A DNA stretch of 64,000 nt from Octopus sinensis (GCF_006345805.1 NC_043000.1:159774001-159838000), one strand, 5' to 3'. Shown: positions 39,059 to 52,249, counted from the stretch's first letter. Numbers and translations are program-made. The notes: a model not told the origin generated them from the letters alone.

Positions 39059-40363
39059 CAATACAAGATGTAGATTCAGGGAATTGTGCAGACATTAAGA
39101 TGAGCTTCTCTTCACGGACTCGACTAACAACCCACACCGTGATCCATTACAAAGAAGAGTGCTTATGCAACTGAAAAAATCCAGAAGATCCAATCGATGT
39201 CAATCCGTTCAATTTCTATTTAGCAGTTTAACATATTTGATATGAAGCAATATTTCTACTTTATTGACTTAATCAGCTTGTTATTGTCCATTCGGCTATC
39301 CATGCATTGTATATATATAAAGAGGAAATTTAGTGTGCATATTTAGAATTGAATCTTTGATGTTACAATAATGTTTTGTATATCTGATGAGCTAGCTTCC
39401 TTTATTTGCATTAATTTGTGAATATGCAATTATAATGCATAATGTTGTGCATACATATTAATGCAAAGATGTATACATACTTTCTTTCACATATGAAGAA
39501 AGCTGTGAAACAGTCGTAGGTCAAAAGGAAATCACATGGTTAAATAAATATATATTCACTTCTTAAACCTCCTGACTTTATCATTTTATATATGTATATT
39601 TATGGATATATTTACGTGTGTGTTCTTGCGCGCGCAGGTAACATATATCACGACTGCATGGCTATTAAAAAAAATTCAGTATATTCATATGATATAAATA
39701 ATCTTGTGGTGATTGAATGCATAACTGCTTTAGACATTTTCAAGCTACTGTCGCTTAACCCCAGACGCTGGAAAAAATGTCACAGCTATAATAGAACTGC
39801 TCAGCAGCTTATCCAAGGTGAGGATTAACAGTCGCCAAACATGTCGATATGCAAATTAGATGTTTAACGATTCTCAAACAAAAGCCGATATGCAAATTAT
39901 CTCTTAGCGCTTGTCAAGCAAACGACAATATGCAAATTGGAAGTAAATTCGATATCGGCGCTGCGCTGTTGAGAATATAGGGTATTTCTACTGACATTAT
40001 TTCACAACAAGACTATATGTGAATTTGAAATATACAAGATAGAATTTACAATACTGACATTTTATATTTCATTCTGTATTTCTCAGTGCGTTAGTGATTT
40101 TGTAATGGATGTCAAACTACACAATATGTAAAGTAGCAAACACCTGTGTGTCATCTCGGCAATATTTTCTGCATAGCTACAAGGTGTACGTAATTATGAA
40201 TATTTATGTGCAATTATGTTTAAGCACGACTCTCTCTCTCTCTCCTCTCTTCCTCTGTCATTCCCAATTCTATTGTCAGTCTATCTGTCTGTTTCTGTTT
40301 CTCTGCATGCGCGCGAAAACACACACACACACGTGTGTGTGTGTGTGTATATATTTATATATT

Positions 40364-40403
<40 letters not shown>

Positions 40404-40420
40404 ACACACACACACACCAC

Positions 40421-40457
<37 letters not shown>

Positions 40458-40999
40458 TACAGAAAAGAAAATAATTTTAAACGCAGTATAGCCGTCAAAA
40501 TAGCAGAAATATTGGGGGTATTTTACCCTTATTAGACGTAAAATGTTGTCAGCAGACGGCTACGGGATTCGAACGCATACCCCTCTGATATCGGCTGAGT
40601 TGCATATATATATATAATGACCGATGCGTATAAAAGAATAAAGGAATATATATACATATATATGTATGTTTGTGCATTTATGATTGAGTCGTTTATAAGA
40701 AATGCCGAATTTGATAGTACTATTTCTCTGACCCCAGTTTGACCCAACATTCCTGTGTAAAACTGAATAGAAACAAACAGTGTGGAAGGCCGACGAGTGA
40801 ACTCTCTACCTATTATTAACATAACCAGCTTTGACTCTTAAAGTGTATCATTGGTTCTACTCGAAAACTATGTTAAAATTACACAGAGATATGAAGTACT
40901 TTAATGCTGAGGTTGTCCCGATACTCGAACGAACAGAATAGTAATCGTCGAAACGTTTGCTGGTCCAGTTAAGAAGCATCTCTTTCAAACTGGGAGCTT

Positions 41000-41420
41000 G
41001 AGGGCAGTGTCGGCATATGCAGACGGTCGGATCCATTGTATAGGAATATTAGACGGTTGCAGGGGTCAAAACATCGACAAGTTTGGTGGAACTGCGACTG
41101 GGAATTTGGGGAAGCAGATCGATTCCGTCGGATCGTATTGTCCGACGCTGGACTGAGGGACCAATTAAACTGCTCGGGGGCTGGTTCGGTCATGGCTCCG
41201 AGGTAGAGAAGAATTGGAAGGATGTGATGAAGAGGGTGGCGAATTTTACCCAGAAATAAGCAGAGAGGAAGTTGTTACTGAAAGGTCGAGTAGAGGTAGC
41301 GAATGCCTACATTACCTCCGTCATCATTTATCGCCTGACCGCCGTGCCTTGCCCGAGTTACTTCTTGATTTGGTTGGAGCAATGACTATGGTGCTAACTT
41401 CCTCTGCGTGGTGGCTTTGG
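41000..41420 (+). mobile_element. Old diverged Tx1-like RT fragment
   Basis: VSAYAD, LRLGIWGSR, RRWTEGPIKLLG, VEKNW, AERKLLLKGRVEVANAYITSVIIYRLTAVPCP. Confidence 0.85.
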
Positions 41421-42034
41421 CATGCCATGGATTTAGATGCGTAGACACGGTATCTAGCTTGTCTCAGGCGCAGAATCTGCATTTTTTAAAAGGAAATAAA
41501 AACATTTGAATATCGGTTATATTGATGCAGTTTTCCACTCTTATTCCTGTGATGCCATGAACTTGTGGAGAAAAAATTTCAAACGTTTAAAAATCGAAAA
41601 AAAACCTGTGTATTTTTAACCAATAATGAAACAGAAAATTTCTGCGTTGTATCGGTGTCATCTTAGTGGTGTCAGCTTTAAGGTTGTACCTTGTGAAATT
41701 TATAGTTTAGCGTCTGTGAAATGATCTGTTCATAGTAGGTTTCTAAATAAAGATATGTTTCTTTTGTCTCTTCATTGATTTCTATAGTGTTTTGTGTGTC
41801 TTTATTATTTTTAAAAAATTGTTATATTAATATGTTTGTCTGTATGTATTTCTTCCACATTAGGCTTTACAGTTGTACTTTATGAAGCCATTGATTTCTA
41901 CACACGGAATCAATATGGTTTGCGTATTTCAGTATTATATATACCTGTCATGTATTTGTGTACTTCATTAATATATGTGTGCATGTGGATGTATGAATTC
42001 GTGCGCGCGCGTGTGTGTGAAAAAAAGGCGTCTG

Positions 42035-42600
42035 CCTCCAAAACCCCAAAGTTGAATAACGTTTTCATGCTTGCATTTGTAAATTACGATAAGAATAATC
42101 AATCCAATAAACTTTCTAAATTCAGCAGAATTCATTTCTATCCCCTTATCTTTATAGACCCAAGTTCCTTCGGCATTTTTCCATATTTGGATTATTTCCA
42201 AGAGATTTGGTTTCATGAACAGTATAAATGATGAAAGAGTTGAATCACAAAACCTACTTGCAAAATGTGAAGGTCCAGGCTGTTGATAGCATCGTAGGAT
42301 GGAATTCTTCTTGTGTCCTTTCAATTATGTTCTTCCTGTGTCCTTTCAGCTTCAGGTTTATCCTTCGAGCAATACTTTACGTGCATCATTGAAGGGTCTG
42401 AAGAATCACTTATGTCAGCATTGTTGTCATCACATCCGAATGTGTTTAAGTAATACTGACATGATAATTTTCATTATCGTCTACAGCAAAATAAGATTCA
42501 TCACAATAATTTTTTTCCATTCTTTATGTAAGTTGGATAACAATTGTGAAATATCTTCAAGGCTTAGCATAGTCCCAGAGTATCGTTACTTTTCCATCCT
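42035..42600 (-). mobile_element. piggyBac (PGBD-like) transposase N-terminal remnant
   Basis: SSFILFMKPNLLEIIQIWKNAEG..VYKD..EMNSAEFRKFIGLIILIVIYKCKHENVIQLW, preceded by an acidic tract. Confidence 0.75.
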
Positions 42601-42624
42601 CCTGCATGATTTTACTTGGTACAT

Positions 42625-42667
<43 letters not shown>

Positions 42668-42681
42668 TATTATTATCATTA

Positions 42682-43171
42682 TTCAGTAGTTTTATTTTTA
42701 TAGCGTGCTTTCACTTCACTACCGAGCACAGCTCTGTGTGCCTTGGGTATGTGCTGTGATTTGTTGTGATGCTCTGATGGTTATTGTATGGAAAGTGTTC
42801 TGCGTAGGATGTGTGCAGTGCCTAGCAGTGCAATTTTCTGTATGTTATTTGTGTTTGTTAGTCCTGGTGTTTTTGTTATGTATTTGTCTGAATATTCTTT
42901 TATCATGCCTAATGCACCTACTATGATAGGAATTGTTTCTGTTTTTAGATTCCACATTCGAGTTACCTCTATTTGCAGGTCTTTGTGTTTTGAAAGTTTC
43001 TCCAATTCTTTTAGTGGCACGTTGTCATCTGCCGGTATTGATACATCAATTAGAAAGCATTTTTTTTCTTCATGATCTCTGACAACTATATCTGGTCTGT
43101 TGGTCTTAATTTCTCTATCTGTGTGTATTGGCATAGCCCAGTGTATGGTTGCTTTCTCCTTCTCTGTGACC
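42682..43171 (-). mobile_element. 5'-truncated R4/Dong-like RLE LINE (family a) in (TAA)n
   Basis: NRPDIVVRD..KCFLIDVSIPAD RLE motif, IVGALG. 3' end aataaaactactgaa-(taa)n. (TAT)n on both sides. Confidence 0.9.
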
Positions 43172-43243
<72 letters not shown>

Positions 43244-43244
<1 letters not shown>

Positions 43245-46200
43245 TTTTTTTCTTCTTTAAAATTTTCTTCCATTTCTTGCCGAGTGTCTTCCCGACTCCT
43301 AGGGCAAAGAAACTCATAGTGTATATTGGTAGGCCATTAAACCAAACTCAGTAGTTCGTTCATTTTTTTTTTTTTTTTTTTTTTTAAATTAAAATACATG
43401 AGCAGCAACAGTTCTCACATCGACAATGCTCTTCTCAATACGTGTGATGTACCAGTTAAGACAATCTTTTGCACTTCTTGCAGGATGGTAAGCCAGGGAT
43501 CATTCTCATATAATTTTCGGTTCCCTTCTTGATCATTCCTAGTGCTCCTACAATCACTGGTATTGTAACCGCCTTGAGATGCCACATTTTCTCAATTTCA
43601 ATGAGTAGGTCTTTATATTTTCTGAGCTTGTCAAACTCTTTCGCTGAGATATTATGATCACAGGGGATGCTCATGTCGATCAATAAGCAAACTTTATTGT
43701 TTTGGTCTTTCACAACAATATCTGGTTTATTGGCCTTGATGGTTCGGTCTGTATGTACTGGAAAGTCCCACAGAATGGTTACATTTTCTCCTTCAGTTAC
43801 AGCCTCAGCGTGGTGATTATACCACTTGTCGGCAGTTTTGATATTGTAATGCCGACTTATTAGCCAGTGGAGATATTGGCCAACTCTGTCATGTCTTAAT
43901 TTATACTCCACTGGTGCTAAGACTTTACATCCAGAGATTAGGTGGTCCACTGTTTCAATCATGTCGTTGCAGAATCGGCATTTTGGGTCTGCTCCATTTT
44001 TCATCACATTGGCCTGGTAGTTCCGGGTTAATAGGCTTTGTCTTGAGCAGCCAGGATGAAACCTTCGCTCTCTGCTTTTAGCCCTGAGCTCCGCAGCCAC
44101 TGATGGGTTTGCTTCTGGTCAACATCAGCTTGTTTGCTGCGGGTCACATATTTGCCGTGCAGAGGTTTCTCCTCCCACCTATCAGCCAATTGCTCGTGCG
44201 CTTTTTTCATTGCCATCATTTTCACCTTCTTTGCAACAATAACTGCCGTACTTCCCCTCGGTTTTTCAGTTTGGGTATCCTGCACGAGATCAATAGCAAA
44301 TTTTTTGCTTTCCTTGCTGATAGAATGAAGCTTCTTTCGTCTCTCGTGATTTTCCACGAGCTTTAGCATCCAGTCATTCGATATTTCGAGATATTTGGCC
44401 AGTCCAATTGTGGTTGTTTTGTAAGCTAGTTCAAATTGGATCAGGCCTCGACCTCCTTGGGCTCTGGGAAGGTAAAGGCGATCTACGTCTGCCTTTGGGT
44501 GGTGCATCCTATTACAACTCAGCAGCTTGCGAATTTTTCTATCTATATTCTTTGCTTCACTCATATTCCAGTTCAACACATTGTAGCTATAAGTAACAAC
44601 TGGAACTGCTAAGGAATTTATAGCTAACACCTTTTACGTGCATTTAGTTCAGATTTCAGGACTGCACGAACTCTCCTATAACATTCCTTCCGATTTTTCT
44701 TCTCTTTCAATGCTTGCATGCTGAATACCAGAGCCTTCATTATATCCCTAAATATTTGTATGTCTGTTCTTGCTCAAGCTCTCTTATGACTGTGTCAACA
44801 TCTAACACGACTGAATTTGTGGTCTTCACTTTCCCTTTCTGGAAAGTGGCCTTGGCACACTTCTCAAGTCCAACTCCATCCCGATGTCATCGCTGAATGC
44901 TTTCACGGTGCGCAATAGGCCTTCAAGTTCATTATTGTCTTTACCATAAAGTTTTAAGTCATCCATATAAAATAGATGGCTTCTTTTTTTATTGGCAATT
45001 TTATACCCATACCCTGTTCTGTTTAATTCACTTGTAAGGGGTATTAGGGCTATGCAGATATTAAAGGTGAAAGTGAGTCACCTTGAAAATTCCACAGTTG
45101 ATGTTTATATTTTCTGAGGCAAGTACTCCATTAGAGTGGTATAATTGGAGATTCGTATTCCACAACGACATATTGTGCTTCAGGAAGTTTGAAATCACAG
45201 GGGAAATTTTAAAGATGTCCAGCGATCTCAAGATGGATGCGGTATACTGTCGAAGGCCTTTTTATAGTCAATCCATGCGGTGCTAAGATTTCTGCGCTTG
45301 TTGTGACAGTTCTCAAGGATCATACGATTGATTAGCAGTTGATTTTTGCATCCGTAAGAGCCTCGGCGGCACCCTTTTTGTTCAATGGGGAAAATATCGT
45401 TCTTCTCCATGAATGCATATGTTTTTTCTCCGCCAGGATAGATGTTAGGATTTTATACGTGGTGGAAAGACAGGTTATAGGCCGATAGTTTTTTGGAAGG
45501 TTGGTTTCGTTATTCTTTGGAGTAGGTAAGTAATGCCACTTGCTAACCATTCAGGTGTTTTTCTTTGGGTCTCTCAAAATTCCATTGAGCAGCTGAACTA
45601 GCTTACCGTGTGCGCACGGGAGCGATGCGAGCCAGAAATTCGGCACCCTATCTTTACCGGGGGATTTCCAATTATAGGCCTTCGTGAGTGCCTTTCTTAG
45701 GTCTGCTATTGTGATGTCTTCCCATGCTTGTTGTTGTAAATTTTGGTAGGATCCTTCAGTTTGTATAATCCAGTCTGCATTTATGTTGTACGTCTTCTTG
45801 TCACTCTAAATCCTTTCCCAAAAGTTTTGAACTTCTTCCATGGGAGGGGGGTCTTTAACGGTTACTTTCTCCTTCCCTATTTCTCTGTAGAATTTTTTGG
45901 CATTGGATGTGAACAGCTTATTTTGCTTGTAAAACTTGTTCTCTTCTCAAATCTTCGTATTCTTTGGGCTTTTGCTTGGACTTTTTGTTTCAGCGTTTCT
46001 TTTATTGATATCAGTTCTTCTCTTGGTGAGGATCCAAATTTTCTCTTCATCTTTCTTCCTGTTCTGGATCTTACATCATTTCCACATATTAGTTCATTTA
46101 ATATTGATATTTCCCCTCTCATAAATTCAATCTCTTTTTCAATTTTACTTCTCCAGGTTTGATTTCTTCCCAGGTTTTGTTTTCTTTGTTTTTTCGGGGG

Positions 46201-46980
46201 CATAGCTGGTTTCAATTGCCCTAGCAGAAGCGTAAATAATTTCATTTAACTCAGTAAAATCAGGTTTTAATTCTCGTATTATTTCATTTGTTACATAGTT
46301 GCCAATTTGGATTTGTTTTTTTTTTGTTTTGTATTTGAGAGTTTATGAAGCGGTTCTCTATCATTCATACTTGTATGTCTTACACCTTCAAGCGTATTCA
46401 GGATTTTCTGCCTCATTTCTGCCATAGACTCTCTGTGTTCTTCAGCAAATGCGAGATCTTCAGTTACTGTTGTTTTTTTCGTTTTCCTGGTATCTTTAAC
46501 AGGTACAATAAATTTCTTGTATCTTCAGGCCTTTGCGTACTTTGGTCAGATGGCAGTCTTTCAATTAAGCCTCGTGGCGGGCTATACTGTTCATCTGATT
46601 CTTCATTTCCTTTGTGTCTTATATTTATGTCATTTTCCGTTGCGTGCTTGATCGCACTTATTTCACTGTCTGTGAGTCTGTTATTTCTAAAGATATCCCT
46701 CCTCACATTTGCTAATTTGTTCTCGTCCAAATAGGGCCTACTGTCTTGATTCCGTGTTCTCCATATACTGTAAGAGTTTGTGGTGTGTCTCTCTTGAGAT
46801 GGCCTACCTAATGCGTAGTAATAAGCGTATATTACTTCTTTATACTCTTCTCGGGTCCATTTGTTCCGCTTACATTTTTCTTTCTGTGGTGGTTGTGGTG
46901 GTGAACTTGGAGGGCTCGAGTTGGGGGATTTCCCGTTCAAGTGACCATCCATGTCCGTATTCGGAGAAGAGTTTGTGCCA
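43244..46980 (-). mobile_element. Near-complete R4/Dong-like RLE LINE (family b), single RT-RLE ORF with frameshifts, in (TAA)n
   Basis: KRNKWTREE N-terminus, NYRPITCL, EQKGCRRG, WIDYKKAFDSIPH, GIFQGDSLSP, YMDDLKLY, CRFCNDMIETVDHLISGC, KPDIVVKD..LIDMSIP. (TAA)n at both ends. Confidence 0.92.
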
Positions 46981-47042
<62 letters not shown>

Positions 47043-47097
47043 TAGTTCAAGTGACCATCCATGTCCGTATTCGGAGAAGAGTTTGTGCCAATTATTA

Positions 47098-47139
<42 letters not shown>

Positions 47140-47197
47140 TATTATATTATTATTATTATATTATTATTATTATATTATATTATTATTATTATTATTA

Positions 47198-48480
47198 TTC
47201 AGTAGTTTTATTTTTATAGCGTGCTTTCACTTCACTACCGAGCGCAGCTCTGTGTGCCTTGGGTATGTGCTGTGATTTGTTGTGATGCTCTGATGGTTAT
47301 TGTATGGAAAGTGTTCTGCGTAGGATGTGTGCAGTGCCTAGTAGTGCAATTTTCTGTATGTTATATGTGTTTGTAAGTCCTGGTGTTTTTGTTATGTATT
47401 TGTCTGAATATTTTTTTATCATGCCTAATGCACCTACTATGATAGAATTGTTTCTGTTTTCAGGTTCCACATTCTAGTTACCTTATTTCCAGGTCTTTGT
47501 ATTTTGAGAGTTTCTCCATTTCTTTTAGAGACACGTTGTCATCTGCCGGTATGATACATCAATTAGAAAGCATTTTTTCTTCATGATCTCTGACAACTAT
47601 ATCTGGTCTGTTGGCCTTAATTTCTCTATCTGTGTGTATCGGTATATCCCAGAGTATGGTTGCTTCTCGTTTTCTGTGACCTTTTCTGGTGTGTGCCTAT
47701 ACCATCTTTTTTCTGTTGTTATTACATAATGTTTGCATAGCTTCCAATGTATGTAGGTTCCAACTCTGTCATGTCTGTGAATATATTCCTTCTTAGCCAG
47801 GACTGGGCAGCTAGAGATAATATGATTTATTGTTTCTTGTCCATCTCCACATATTCTGCAGTTACTTGTAATATTTATTTTCATTACATGTTTTTGGTAA
47901 TTTCTGGTGGGGAGGCTTTGGTCTTGTGCTGCAATTAAAAATCCCTCTGTTTCTGCTTTGAGTCCTGAGCTTCTCAACCATTGCTGGGATTTTTCTTTGT
48001 CTATTTCTTTTGCGTTTAGTTTAGTGCAGTATTTACCATGAAGGGGTTTTTCTTGCCATCGTTTTATCATGGCTCGTTGCTGTTCTATTTTTAGTTTGGA
48101 TTTCATTTGTTTTATAGCTTTTGTTGTTTCTTCATCATCTTCTTCTTCTTCTTTGTGTTTATTAGGTGATATGATTTCTTGTTTGTATTTGTCAGCTTCC
48201 TTAAATACTGTGAACAGTTTTTTGTTTTGCTCGTGTTTTGCTGCTATCTGAATCAGTTTTCCTTCCTTCTGAAGTAGATATTTTTGCAGTCCTATGGTGG
48301 TTATTTTATAGTAGTTTTCCAGCCTTATAAGGCCTCTACCACCTTCTATACGTTGTATATATAGTCTTTCTATGTCAGATTTTGGGTGATGCATCCTAGA
48401 TCCTGTCAGTATTTTTCTTGTTTTCCTATCTATTTTGGACAGTTCATTTCGTGTCCAGTTAAGGATATTGTAGCTGTAAC
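47198..48480 (-). mobile_element. 5'-truncated RLE LINE family a
   Basis: ORF 47597-48394 HHPKSDIERLY..GGRGL..WLRSSGLKAETEGFLIAAQDQ..CRICG..ETINHIISSC. Same 3' end as 42682. Confidence 0.92.
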
Positions 48481-48668
48481 TTAGCCAGGACTGGGCAGCT
48501 AGAGATAATATGATTTATTGTTTCTTGTCCATCTCCACATATTCTGCAGTTACTTGTAATATTTATTTTCATTACATGTTTTTGGTAATTTCTGGTGGGG
48601 AGGCTTTGGTCTTGTGCTCAATTAAAAATCCCTCTGTTTTTCTGCTTTGAGTCCTGAGCTTCTCACCA
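48481..48668 (-). repeat. Internal duplicate of 47793-47980 of the same LINE
   Basis: ttagccaggactgggcagctagag...ctgagcttctc repeated almost exactly. Confidence 0.9.
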
Positions 48669-48878
48669 TTCTTCTTCTTCCTTCTTCTCTCTTCTTCTTC
48701 TTCTTCTTCTTCTTCTCTTCTTCTTCTTCCTTCTTTTCTTCTTCTTCTTCTTTTTCTTCTTCTTCTTCTTCTTCTTCTTCCTTCTCTTTTTCTTCTTCTT
48801 CTTCTTCTTCTTCTTCTTCGTCTGCGCTTCTCTTTTTCTTCTTCTTCTTCTCTTCTTCTTCTTCTTCTTCTTCTTCAA
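48669..48878. repeat. (CTT)n microsatellite
   Basis: Directly visible. Confidence 0.95.
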
Positions 48879-51053
48879 TGTTACAGTGTGTCCAAATGTA
48901 GAAAATGAATCATTTGCTTTAATGATGTTCTTGTTTGTGGCTTCGTAAAAATGTGGTAGTATTTCATTGTCGCAGGCCTATATGAACCCAGACCATTGAC
49001 ATGAAAGATCCGCCGTCTATATGCAGTTCTAGGAAATTGCGTTTCGTGCGCTCGAATTAATGAGTTGTGAGGGACATAATTTCAAGTAGAGAGGTCTTCA
49101 GCAGCAACTGAACTCTCTCGCAATGAAATGTCTTGATTCAACAATACTACTTGGTCTGGATGGTTACAGATAAGATTACATGCAGGATTTGCTGGTAAGA
49201 ATGTGTGAGACGCTTCACTCTGATATTTTTCTCATGGTTGTTTCCTTTAAAATTCAGTTAATCCAAGCGTTTAAAGGAAAGTGAAACTGTTTTGTAGAAT
49301 TGTCCATATCTTTGATAGATGCCCTGTCTAGAACTAAGGCTCCGTTATATTTCCAGTTTTCTTGCCACGTGCTCATTCATCAACTCAGTTATTTCTCTTC
49401 CTTTACAGTGATAATAGGCAACCGATGACTTCCTTTTAACACATCTTGTTTTTGTCCTGGTCGTTTTCATGCAATTCTCCTCACCCAGTAAGCTACGTGG
49501 AATACCATTTTAGTCACCGAGCACTAGGCCGTGTGACAAAATGTATTCTTTTACGTGTTACTTGTTACATTGAGGAACTACTTGACATTATAAGAATTGT
49601 AAAATAATGACCTGACTGAAGAAGTCATTCTTTGTTACTTCAACAAATAAATTGCAAACCACTTGTCTTACAGAAACAATCTTTGCGTGCTTGAGAATCG
49701 GGGGTGTGGTGGGTGAGCTGGAGGGGTTAACTTGAATTTAATATGAATTTAACGGAACGTATTATCTGGAGAGTTAGTCAAGCGAATCTAAAAAGATAAT
49801 TATTGGATATTCCACCAATATACTTCAGAGCAAACACATACGTACTATGGTAGAAGGGAAGTAAAATACCAAGTTGTGACGTTTATGCATCTTTTAAAAG
49901 CGTTATTTGTATTTATTGCGAAATTTTAACCTTTCTGGAATAGTTGAGGACATGTAATATATAGGCCTTATCTAAAATAAAATAAAATAGAAGGCGACTT
50001 GATCACGGATATTTGCTTGTGGCATTATACATATCAATGATAGTTAGCGGTGAGTGTTAATTGTGATGTTGGTGTAGTTGGAGATGAAACGATGCTTTTA
50101 TTCGTAGTAGTGTAGTAGGGAAACTGAAATTGTTGACTTAGGCTTTTGTCATCGTTATAATTACTGAAAGTAGTTTACTTTGAGCAGTCAAATTCTCCAT
50201 GCACACGAAGGAAACTTTTCGATAGTATTATAATCTGCTATTTTAGTTTAGCTCCAAATCTGCTCTGAGACAGGAGACATGAGATCAAAAACAAATATGT
50301 AGCCGTGGCTATCACCTCTTTTCAAACAGATTTCAAACAGATAGTATTATGCAATACAAGGTTAATAGAAAGGTAAATAAACACTCTTTTTTCTGTACGT
50401 GAGACTGCATAGAAGTTCCCTTATTGGCTGGAAAGTCTCTTATAAAGGATGAGAAATAAAAATATAACATTTAAGACCTTCCGAATATCATTGCTACAGA
50501 AACTACCGGAAATTACGTAAGATGGGAATCGGAGATCGTGGCATCAAATGATTGGAAATAACATCTAATTTGCAACAATCGCCGCTTTATTGCGAGAAAA
50601 TACTGATTCCTTTTGAGTTAGTCAAAGTATGAAGAATTGATTACTATGGGAGGTGTTACATGCCTCACCTTACATGATCCATGGAGAATGACGATGTGTA
50701 AGATGTAAAATAGAATTCTCTTCATTGTAAACATCCGCACAAGCTTCAAGGCAATGGATAGTCAAATAAGAATCCGAAGTACAAACCTTTACAAAAAATT
50801 GGCTGGAAATAGCTATCGTTTACTGAATTTATACGAATACCACTCCAGAATGAATTATTTATGCTGTTACATGCTTAAATCCTACTCTCTGTACATGTTG
50901 CACTAACCTGCATCATATGACCTAAAGATATAGAAGCCTAATCTTTCCGAAAACTAGGATTTCCAGAGTGTAGTGAAAAAATGTAGTCCGTCCTTGATAT
51001 GCAAAGTATATAAAAAGACATATACACACACATAGATATATATATACATATAT

Positions 51054-51421
51054 ACGACAGGCTTCTTTCAGTTTCCGTCTACCAAATCCACTCACAAGGC
51101 ATTGGTCGGCCCGAGGCTATAGCAGAAGACACTTGCCCAAGATGCCACGCAGTGGGACTGAACCTGGAACCATGTGGTTGGTAAGCAAGCTACTTACCAC
51201 ACAGCCGTCTGTGTTTGTGCCCCCACCATCGCTTGACAACCGATGCTGGTGTATTTACGTCCCCGTCACTTAGCGGTTCGGCAAAAAGAGACCGATAGAA
51301 TAAGTACTGGGCTTACAAAGAATAAGTCCCGGGGTCGATTTGCTCGACTAAAGGTGGTGCTCCAGCATGGCCGCAGTCAAATGACTGAAACAAGTAAAAG
51401 AGTAAAAAGAGTAAAGAGTAA
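51054..51421. mobile_element. SINE family A with inverted 5' half
   Basis: 51054-51206 is the minus-strand 5' half. 51207-51421 is the plus-strand 3' half. Confidence 0.88.
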
Positions 51422-52163
51422 GACAGAATATTTATGTTTTAGGTTTGATCTGCAAAAACAACAATTCCATGGAATCAAACAAGGCAGGATCTCGAACCAC
51501 GCGCAAAAATAGCTCCGTTCACCAAGTCTAGTATGGATTTAACGGAACGTATTGCCTGGAGAGTGAGTCATGCGAATCTAAAAACATAATTACTGGATAT
51601 TCCACATCACCAATATACTTCTGAGCAAATACATACGTACTATGGTAGAAGGGAAGTAAAATGCCAAGTTGTGACGTTTATGCATCTTTTAAGAGCATTA
51701 TTGTGAAGAAGAAATTAAACTGACACCATCAAGGAATCAGAAACAGGTCGCATTCTAAGACCCCCCCACCTTGCCTAAATTATAATAATTATAGATATTT
51801 ACGCACAGACATGTGTGTATTAGGGTACACATTCTTGTGTGTGTGTCTGTGTGTTTGTATGTGTGCGTGCATGCGTTTGAATGATTTTTGTGTGCGTGTG
51901 TACATGTGTTGATGCCTCTATGTGTCTGTACTTGTGCATGTTCGTGAGTGTGTATGCATGTATCAATACGTGTGCGCGCACGTGTGTATGCATGTATCAA
52001 TATGCGTGCGTATGCGTGTGCAGGCAGAATAGTTTGACAAAATAGAAACATTATGAAACAGTGAAGTAATTGTCAACTTATTATGTTTTTTTAAATACTT
52101 CTCGTATATCAATTGACTGCTTTTACTTTTAATGATCGAATTTCTGCACGTAAGATTTTGTAT

Positions 52164-52246
<83 letters not shown>

Positions 52247-52249
<3 letters not shown>

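Noticed and set aside
39384-39410. CTGATGA hammerhead core (also at 58446)
   Set aside because: No stem II-GAAA or stem I complement follows.
40545-40605. tRNA gene on the minus strand (GTTCGAATCC B-box)
   Set aside because: No cloverleaf or acceptor stem. Probably a decayed SINE head.
49090-50950. Very decayed Tx1-like RT (49.1-49.3 kb) and ORF1-like (50.4-50.95 kb) traces
   Set aside because: Only scattered motif resemblance (LGLDG, IPFE, WLEIAI). Too weak to annotate without a search.
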